The notes under the pieces: generated by a model
Database searches by the model: none
What the model saw: only the letters and a program-made list of their open reading frames with translations
Told to the model about the DNA's origin: nothing
Made by a program: the position numbers and the translations under genes
Assembly: GCA_017557525.1 (NCBI GenBank)
Contig: JAFYYN010000013.1
Location: 4,788-68,787, forward strand
Direction: 5' to 3'
Source of the DNA: Lachnospiraceae bacterium
GTDB lineage: Bacteria > Bacillota > Clostridia > Lachnospirales > Lachnospiraceae
Length of the DNA: 64,000 bases
Shown: positions 57,692 to 64,000 of the stretch, one piece after another
How the letters are laid out: each line of letters starts with the position of its first letter
Numbering within the stretch: the first letter of the stretch is position 1

Positions 57692-59248
57692 GTGGATATT
57701 AACAGTTTCATCCTGTTACCTGTCGTTATGCCAATATTATTTGGCATAATGCTACTTCTTTTCCCAATAAAGAATGACAGGACCAGGGATATAACAAATT
57801 TCATATTTGTCCTGATAAATACGGCGTTTTCCTTCATAGCCATGATATACTGGTATGATGAGAGCATATCGGTAATAAAGCTGTTTGGGGACTTTGGCTT
57901 TGTATTCAGGACGGACAGGGCGGCATGCATATTCGGAACCATAGTCAGCGGACTCTGGCCATTTGCAAGCCTTTATGCCTATGGGTATATGAAGCATCAT
58001 GAAAGGAAAAACTCTTTCTTTGCATTCTTTACCATGACATACGGAGTAGTAATGGGTATAGCGTTTTCCGCAAACCTGCTCACGATGTATGTGCTTTACG
58101 AAATGTTGACGCTGGTTACATTCCCCTTAGTGCTGCATCCTATGACAAAGGCAGCGGTAAAGGCAGCTAAGACCTACCTCGTCTACTCACTTGGAGGAGC
58201 GGCATTCGGACTTATAGGGCTTATCTTTATGATGAGCATAGGAAGCATAGATTTTACATACGGAGGCAGTATAGGAAACAATACGGGTAATACATTCCTG
58301 TTACCTGCATTTGTACTTGCCTTTTGCGGTTTCAGCGTAAAAGCAGCCATGGCACCGTTCTCCGGATGGCTCATTAAGGCAGCAGTAGCTCCCACGCCGG
58401 TTACGGCCCTGCTTCATGCCGTAGCGGTAGTAAACGCCGGTTCATTCGCATGTGTGAGGCTCATCTATTATATCTACGGAACAGAGATTATTTACGGTAC
58501 TTGGGCTCAGTATTTGGTCATGGCACTTACCATCATAACCATAGTATTCGGCTCATCATTTGCGGTAAAGGAGAGGCATTTCAAGAGGAGACTTGCGTAC
58601 TCAACCATCAGTAACCTTTCATATATCCTTTTTGCGGCAACCATCATGACGCCTCTTGGCCTAACAGCCGCATTCGCGCACATGCTCATGCATTCGCTCA
58701 CCAAGATATGTTCCTTCTTCTGTTGCGGCATAGTCATGGAGCAGACCGGAAAGGAATACATATACGAGCTTGATGGGATGGGTAGGAAAATGAGGATATC
58801 ATTTGCGTGCTTTACGGTCGCTTCGCTGTCTCTGATAGGAATACCGCTTTTCTGCGGCTTCCAGAGCAAATGGAGGATAGGTGTTGCAGCAGTATCTGAC
58901 GCCCAGCCCTTGACCATAGCAGGACTTGTAGCCCTGCTCTTTTCGGCCCTGCTTACCGCGATATATATGCTGAGCATAGTGATGAGGGCATATTTCCCGG
59001 AAACTGTTGCTGCTATAGGACAGGCTTCAGCAGAAAGCACAAGTGATAAGAAAAATCCAAATGTTTCAAAGAAAAATAAAAACACAAAGAACAACAGTGC
59101 AGGTACAGATAATGTAAAAACTGATAATAATACAGATTATAAGGAGCACTGCGTACAGATGCTCCTGCCAATAATATGCTTTGCTATAGGGATCATAATC
59201 CTTGGCGTGTTCTGGCAGCCGGTACTGGATTTTATATCTTTTATGTAA
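57692..59248 (+). CDS. antiporter-like subunit (MrpA/MrpD/NuoL family), copy 3
   Basis: GTG start 5-6 nt after AGGAGG. AMAPFSGWLIKAAVAPTPVTALLHA, STISNLSYILF and HSLTKICSFF. Lys/Asn-rich insert before the last TM. Confidence 0.85.
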   Translation: MDINSFILLPVVMPILFGIMLLLFPIKNDRTRDITNFIFVLINTAFSFIAMIYWYDESISVIKLFGDFGFVFRTDRAACIFGTIVSGLWPFASLYAYGYMKHHERKNSFFAFFTMTYGVVMGIAFSANLLTMYVLYEMLTLVTFPLVLHPMTKAAVKAAKTYLVYSLGGAAFGLIGLIFMMSIGSIDFTYGGSIGNNTGNTFLLPAFVLAFCGFSVKAAMAPFSGWLIKAAVAPTPVTALLHAVAVVNAGSFACVRLIYYIYGTEIIYGTWAQYLVMALTIITIVFGSSFAVKERHFKRRLAYSTISNLSYILFAATIMTPLGLTAAFAHMLMHSLTKICSFFCCGIVMEQTGKEYIYELDGMGRKMRISFACFTVASLSLIGIPLFCGFQSKWRIGVAAVSDAQPLTIAGLVALLFSALLTAIYMLSIVMRAYFPETVAAIGQASAESTSDKKNPNVSKKNKNTKNNSAGTDNVKTDNNTDYKEHCVQMLLPIICFAIGIIILGVFWQPVLDFISFM

Positions 59249-59276
59249 TTACATGTTATATACAGCATCAACACAA

Positions 59277-59324
59277 AAAGTCCTATGACTTTTGCAAAAA
59301 TTATTGCAAAAGTCATAGGACTTT
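59277..59324. terminator. bidirectional terminator between convergent genes
   Basis: Perfect 21-bp inverted repeat AAAGTCCTATGACTTTTGCAA-aaatta-TTGCAAAAGTCATAGGACTTT. Confidence 0.8.
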
Positions 59325-59382
59325 AGTTGTAATTTATCCTCTCATTATCAGGCATTTCTCACCTTCAAAGGCAAATCCATAC

Positions 59383-60795
59383 TTACTGACCATTGTAGAG
59401 ATCATCTAAACAAAACAACATTACTTTGCCGTTTTTTTCTTCATTTATAAGCCAATCTGAAAACCCACTAAGAGAGAAGATGAGCAATTCTTTTACAATA
59501 TAACTGCCCTTTAACAGAGACCGTCTTTCAGTTAGTGCGTCATATACCGCTTTATCAGTTATTTCATTTCTGAATTTGCATTCTCCGATCACAGCTTCTT
59601 TGTTTAATTTATCTATGCCGACAACATCAATATCAGTTTGTTCTTTCTTTTCTGGATTTGTACCCCACCAGGTTCCGACTTGAGAGATACAACTTGGAAA
59701 TAAACCATTCATGCCTTCTTCAATCAGAAATTGACGGCACATTTTTTCAAATATATTGCCCATATAGCTGTTTAAAAGAGGTTTCACATTACGGTAATAG
59801 TACTTTTCTCCATTGCCGGCTTCAATAGTTTCAATGGCATCAGGGATAAATCTATACCAGAAACTAAGCATTTCGTCATTTAATACATAGATTATTTTCT
59901 TTTTGTTATGTTCCTCAGTTATCGCTGACTTTTTTTGGATAATACCTGTTTCGAGCAGGCTTCTTAAAAAGTACGAAATATTTTGCGTAGCCACACCGGT
60001 TTTGTCTGCAATTTCTGTAACCTGATTTGCCCCAAGACTGATGGTTTCGATTATCCTGCCGTATGTATCAACCTCGCGAAATTCCTGGGTCAAAAGATTA
60101 TCTGCTTCTTCATAAAGGTATCCTTCTTTTGTAAAGAAAAGATTTATGATATTCTCATCTATACTAAGGTTTTCATCGATAAGTGCAATGTATTTAGCGA
60201 TACCTCCTGTAATACCATAGGCAATTGCTTTGTCATAGGATGACCAGGAAGGGAGAAATAATCCCGTCTGTCGGAAATTAAATGGCTTGAGACTGATCTG
60301 CATAGTCCTTCTCCCAAATAAAGGACTTTTCTCGCTTAAAACCTCATCTTCCATGAAACTAACTGAAGATCCGCAAAGGATAAGGAACATTTTACCGGAA
60401 GTAAAATACTCATCTATAAACTTTTGAAGGTAGGAGGTAAATGATTCATCTTTTTTGGCAAGATATGGCAGTTCGTCAATAACTACTACAATTCGTTCTG
60501 TAGAACACTTATCCGCCAAAAAGGAAAATATGTCTTCAACAGTGTTCAGAGATATGCCTTTTAATTCAGGAGCTAAACTGTTAACGACAGTTTTACTGAA
60601 CAGTTCTATGTTACGATCAGCTGTGGTTTTAATAGCGGTGAAGAAAACACTTTTTTTGTTTTTACAGAATTTTCTTAAAAGAGTTGTTTTTCCGATCCGT
60701 CTGCGACCATAGATAATAGCCATCTGAAATTTGTCGGTTGCATATTTTTTGTTAAGTGATGACAGTTCACTTTCTCTTCCGATAAAACGTTCCAT
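59383..60795 (-). CDS. AAA+ ATPase (archaeal-ATPase/DUF234-type) with C-terminal PD-(D/E)xK nuclease-like domain
   Basis: Walker A GRRRIGKTTL and Walker B VVVIDELPYL. A wHTH-like middle region (VTEIADKTGVATQNISYFLRSLLETGII). The C-terminal TDIDVVGIDKLNKEAVIGECKF fits D...E-x-K. Confidence 0.8.
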   Translation of the reverse strand: MERFIGRESELSSLNKKYATDKFQMAIIYGRRRIGKTTLLRKFCKNKKSVFFTAIKTTADRNIELFSKTVVNSLAPELKGISLNTVEDIFSFLADKCSTERIVVVIDELPYLAKKDESFTSYLQKFIDEYFTSGKMFLILCGSSVSFMEDEVLSEKSPLFGRRTMQISLKPFNFRQTGLFLPSWSSYDKAIAYGITGGIAKYIALIDENLSIDENIINLFFTKEGYLYEEADNLLTQEFREVDTYGRIIETISLGANQVTEIADKTGVATQNISYFLRSLLETGIIQKKSAITEEHNKKKIIYVLNDEMLSFWYRFIPDAIETIEAGNGEKYYYRNVKPLLNSYMGNIFEKMCRQFLIEEGMNGLFPSCISQVGTWWGTNPEKKEQTDIDVVGIDKLNKEAVIGECKFRNEITDKAVYDALTERRSLLKGSYIVKELLIFSLSGFSDWLINEEKNGKVMLFCLDDLYNGQ

Positions 60796-60823
60796 GCTCA
60801 GCTCCTATTTTAAATAATTGAAT

Positions 60824-60877
60824 TTTGTAAATATAACTTTACAAAAGCATACTTTACAATAACAAACTTTTACAAAG
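60824..60877. promoter_or_regulatory. array of TTTACAA motifs upstream of the ATPase gene
   Basis: TTTGTAAA-tataac-TTTACAAA is an 8-bp inverted repeat. Two more direct copies (CTTTACAAT, TTTTACAAAG) follow at about 14-16 nt spacing. Confidence 0.5.
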
Positions 60878-60992
60878 CAAAGTGTACCATAATTATTCAT
60901 GATTGTCAATATATTTATTGTTAAATCAGGGGTTGTAGCTCGATCGTTTCTTTACTCTTTGTCTCAATACCCTGGCATTAAATTTGCCGGTG

Positions 60993-61022
60993 TTGACAGT
61001 TAAAAAAACAATACCATATTAT
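60993..61022 (+). promoter_or_regulatory. sigma-A type promoter upstream of the decayed sigma cassette
   Basis: TTGACA, 18-nt spacer, TATTAT. Confidence 0.5.
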
Positions 61023-61084
61023 ATATGGCTTATCTGTTGAGATAATAACAGGTATGAGGCAGGAAATCTTTACAGATGTCAAAG

Positions 61085-61123
61085 TTGCACTAAAATTCTC
61101 ATGAAATTTTGTGCAACTTTTTA
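61085..61123 (+). promoter_or_regulatory. second copy of the conserved leader palindrome / terminator-like hairpin
   Basis: TTGCACTAAA-N12-TTTTGTGCAA followed by CTTTTT, collinear with 1694-1735. Confidence 0.6.
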
Positions 61124-61181
61124 TGTCCCTTTTTCTGATTTTAAGGATTATTATATAGTAGAAGGGGAAAAAGTTTTAAAT

Positions 61182-61481
61182 ATGAGCAGCTCAGAAGATA
61201 ATTTTGATACCAAGTTTGATGTGATATATGATAAATACAGCCGATTGGTTACGCAGATAGCTCTGGACGTGTTACATGATAATGAACTCGCCAAAGACGC
61301 ATTGCAGTTGGCTTTTATTTCTGTTACCCAAAACATGGACAAAATAAAACTTGACCCCGAAAATGAAAAAGAAACAAAGAACTATATTTCTACGATAGCA
61401 TATCATGCAGCACTTAAACTTGCATTGGAATATCAGGATATCCGTTCCCATGAAATCCCATTTCCCGAAGAATATGATTAG
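61182..61481 (+). pseudogene. truncated paralog of the sigma factor (region 2 only, region 4 lost)
   Basis: 99 codons. AKDALQLAFISVTQNMDKI aligns with AEDAFQLAFISVAQNPDKL of the 1794 gene. The ORF stops at the point equivalent to IPIRDNED, and the upstream TATATAGT-GAAGGGG block is conserved. Confidence 0.7.
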
Positions 61482-61533
61482 GATGATGTGAAGGCGGCGT
61501 GTATGATATCTGTAATATGTTAAGAGAGGGTAA

Positions 61534-61659
61534 GACCAAGACAATACAGGTTCTACTACAATATCCCATGGAACTTACAAAGTTTGGATGTTGGTAACCG
61601 CTTCAGATGGCAATGGAAGTGAGTCATTTGATGTGGATGGAAATACGGCTTGGTATTAA
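61534..61659 (+). pseudogene. 3' remnant of a paralog of the 3132-3566 secreted protein gene
   Basis: The frame reads DQDNTGSTTISHGTYKVWMLVTASDGNGSESFDVDGNTAWY*, compared with VQGNTDSTSVSSGAYRVWMSVTATGTDGTESFNVDGNTAGC*. In-frame stops lie just upstream. Confidence 0.75.
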
Positions 61660-61696
61660 TATGGATTTGAAACTTATAATAATAGTAGAGGCGATT

Positions 61697-63688
61697 ATGA
61701 AAAAATATTTACTTGTTATAATTATGTTTTCTTTGATAGCATTTGGTTTAACTGGAAGAGTGAGAAGCTATGCTGATGATAGGGTGGATAAATGCACAAT
61801 TAAAGTCTCTGTAGATGATAAAAAGATTGATTTAAGTGGTCTGGTATTAGATATATATTCCGCTGAATGTACTTATTCTGATACCAAATCTGGAACTCAT
61901 GTATATTCAGAATATTATGATAAGAGTGTGAATTTGGATTCTGAGTTTTGTGCCTCCTTTGATAGACCAAGTGAGAAGTTTTTGGTTTCTGTAAGACTCG
62001 ATAGCATTCCGAAGGGTTATGGTACTCCAGTAAATTCTTACTTTTTCTTTGAAGACACTGATTCATACACATTTAAACTGTCAAAAGTATCAAAAGTTGA
62101 TATTGTACAGAATTTAGAGGATCCTTTCTCTGAAAAGTGGGATTTGGATAAAGTAGAGTGCTATGATAAGAATTCCAAGTTACTGATTGTCAATAATGAA
62201 ATATTAAGTAAGCAAGTAGACTTGGTCAATAAATCTGTTATTGATAAAGAAACAGAAAGAGACTTATACTTTAATTATGAGTATGAAGTATTAGTTGGAG
62301 ATGATATATATTCTATTAGCAAACAATATAACGTCCATTGTCCTAATAATATTTCAAAGGCGGAATATTTATACAAAGGGAAATATATCTCTGAATATGA
62401 TTATATGAATGTCCTTGCTGGTTTTATGCTCTATGGGGATAGATATATGGATGAAGGTTATACTATAGAGTGTGAAACAGAAGATTTATTAAGATTATTC
62501 TGTTATCGCAATAATCATAAAGACAAAAAAAATGATTATGGGCTGATTGATGAAGCATTAGCATCATATGAGATATCAGCCTATAATAATAGATCGTCTG
62601 CAACAGCGTACTCGCCCTCTGGGAAATTCAAGATACATTATGAAAGCAGCGAAATGTCATATGGTGATGCTGTGACCTTGGGAAGTGTTTTTGATTCGGC
62701 GGATACATATTTATGCGGGACATTGAATTTACCAAGACCTTTTAATCCTAATACTACAACATATGATGTAAATATAGTTTCAGTCTCATCTGCTAATTAT
62801 GCTGGAGCTACTGTTCCGCATAATGATGGGACAAGTGAAATTTATGTTAGGGTAGATTATGCATATAATATAATATCAAATTCCGGACCAAGTGGATTTG
62901 AGGATTGTTATAAAGGAATAGTTGCTCATGAATACATGCATGCCATTTTATATGGCAAATATATTTATGATACTTGGATCAATGAGTCGCTTGCAACTTG
63001 GGCAGGTATGGTTTTTGAGAGCGATTATTACCTATACAAGTATCAAGATGTTAGGGATTTTTTGCATGCACCTAGGGTATCATTGGATGTTGTAAATAAC
63101 GTCAATAATAGGCATTATGGATCAGGAATTTTCTTCTTATATATAAGCAAGATGATAGGATCGAATGTTATAAAAAAAGCCATTGATTCATATTCATCAT
63201 CAGGTTCACTATCAGCAATAAGCAGCGGTTTGACCTATTATGGTTCAAGTTTATCTGAAGCATATTCGGGATGCGCTTGCTATAATTGTGATGCTGATTG
63301 GTTTTACAATACTAATTTAGGAAATACAAATTGTAAATGGGGAGGAGCATTGAGTAGTTCTCAAAGTACTTTCCCTACGTATACAACCGAGGTGCTTCCT
63401 TACCTATCAGCTTATTATATTAAATATAATGGATCCTCAACACCTAAAACATTGACTATTAATGTGAGCTTTTTAGCATATTCAGGAAGCCCTGTAGCAG
63501 GAATCAAGGCCGTGAGAACAAATAGCAGTAATAATAAGTATGCGGAATACCCAACAATTAATTCAAATATATGTACGATAGTTAAACAGAGTTTTGGTGA
63601 TAATACAACAAAGCATTATACTATTATACCTATGAATGTTGCTACATCGGGCGTTTTAGCATTTACCGCAATTGCTCAGGTCAATTGA
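61697..63688 (+). CDS. secreted zinc metalloprotease-like protein (HExxH ... NExxA gluzincin signature)
   Basis: Signal peptide MKKYLLVIIMFSLIAFGLTGRVRSYA and VAHEYMHAILYGKYIYDTWINESLATWAG. The ORF-track start at 61607 runs through the pseudogene remnant. Confidence 0.7.
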   Translation: MKKYLLVIIMFSLIAFGLTGRVRSYADDRVDKCTIKVSVDDKKIDLSGLVLDIYSAECTYSDTKSGTHVYSEYYDKSVNLDSEFCASFDRPSEKFLVSVRLDSIPKGYGTPVNSYFFFEDTDSYTFKLSKVSKVDIVQNLEDPFSEKWDLDKVECYDKNSKLLIVNNEILSKQVDLVNKSVIDKETERDLYFNYEYEVLVGDDIYSISKQYNVHCPNNISKAEYLYKGKYISEYDYMNVLAGFMLYGDRYMDEGYTIECETEDLLRLFCYRNNHKDKKNDYGLIDEALASYEISAYNNRSSATAYSPSGKFKIHYESSEMSYGDAVTLGSVFDSADTYLCGTLNLPRPFNPNTTTYDVNIVSVSSANYAGATVPHNDGTSEIYVRVDYAYNIISNSGPSGFEDCYKGIVAHEYMHAILYGKYIYDTWINESLATWAGMVFESDYYLYKYQDVRDFLHAPRVSLDVVNNVNNRHYGSGIFFLYISKMIGSNVIKKAIDSYSSSGSLSAISSGLTYYGSSLSEAYSGCACYNCDADWFYNTNLGNTNCKWGGALSSSQSTFPTYTTEVLPYLSAYYIKYNGSSTPKTLTINVSFLAYSGSPVAGIKAVRTNSSNNKYAEYPTINSNICTIVKQSFGDNTTKHYTIIPMNVATSGVLAFTAIAQVN

Positions 63689-63723
63689 TTACTGTCAGTC
63701 AGTTATAATGTTTATGGAGATAT

Positions 63724-64000
63724 ATGAAAAAAGCAAAATGGGCTATAGTTATTCTTATATTGAGTAGTATTATCCTCTTTTTACCGATACCTATGTATGG
63801 GTCAGAGGATAGCGGGGCAATTGTATATAGTGCCTTAACCTACAGGATAATAAAATGGGACAAATATGCTGTTTTTACATCAACTGGTCTGGGAAAACCG
63901 GAGCATTATAATGTTACTTCCTTATATTTCTTTCCTGATAATTTTAAGAGTGTCGAAGAATTATGGAACAAGATAGAGTTAGATGAAAGACTCAAAAAAG
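63724..64000 (+). CDS. small membrane/secreted protein, 3'-truncated by the window edge
   Basis: ATG lies 6 nt after GGAG. N-terminal hydrophobic segment WAIVILILSSIILFLPIPMYG. The frame is open to the window end. Confidence 0.5.
   Translation, partial: MKKAKWAIVILILSSIILFLPIPMYGSEDSGAIVYSALTYRIIKWDKYAVFTSTGLGKPEHYNVTSLYFFPDNFKSVEELWNKIELDERLKK

Noticed and set aside
60929-60946. GGGGTTGTAGCTCGATCG resembles the 5' end of a tRNA (acceptor plus D-arm), possibly an attachment-site remnant.
   Set aside because: The downstream sequence lacks D-loop GG, an anticodon arm or T-loop GTTCGA-type motifs. It is too short to distinguish from chance.
61101-61696. ORF-track N-terminal extensions of the truncated sigma gene (from 61101) and of the protease gene (from 61607).
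   Set aside because: 61101 starts inside the leader palindrome, and the conserved RBS block points to ATG 61182. The stretch 61607-61696 is a different frame of the pseudogene remnant, and a signal peptide with its own start begins at 61697.

Overview
This is a Firmicutes/Clostridia-type chromosomal segment, probably Lachnospiraceae-like. That assignment is an inference from gene content, a T-box leader, lipoprotein boxes and GGAGG-type ribosome binding sites. Coding is almost entirely on the plus strand, and I saw no rRNA, tRNA, CRISPR array, transposase, integrase or phage genes.

Gene content, left to right:
- A low-GC island with an ECF-like sigma/anti-sigma pair, secreted proteins and an atypical ABC importer.
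- A Trp T-box controlling a stand-alone trpB2.
- A six-gene sugar-acid operon that fits an L-galactose/L-galactonate to KDG route.
- A SNF2/SWIM helicase.
- An LplABC-type ABC importer.
- An F1Fo ATP synthase operon in which the delta C-terminal domain is fused to alpha.
- A NUDIX hydrolase, then rpsB-tsf.
- A minus-strand MCP.
- A CUT1 ABC importer with a YesMN-like two-component system.
- birA, aminopeptidase P, a transglutaminase-like membrane protein and an HD-GYP protein.
- A six-gene Mrp-like (CPA3) cluster lacking MrpEFG.
- A second low-GC island with an AAA+/PD-(D/E)xK ATPase, a decayed copy of the sigma cassette and a secreted HExxH protease.

The most unusual signals:
1. The delta(CTD)-alpha fusion in the atp operon.
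2. Two families of short structured repeats. One ends in CTGACTGATGAGGTG and the other is a hairpin with a GGGACGGTTCT core. They occupy intra-operon junctions and 5' leaders, and one copy sits in frame inside birA.
3. The duplicated, half-deleted sigma cassette with a conserved leader hairpin and a G9 tract in the anti-sigma gene.

All start codons were chosen by eye from RBS context. All domain calls rest on motif recognition, not searches.
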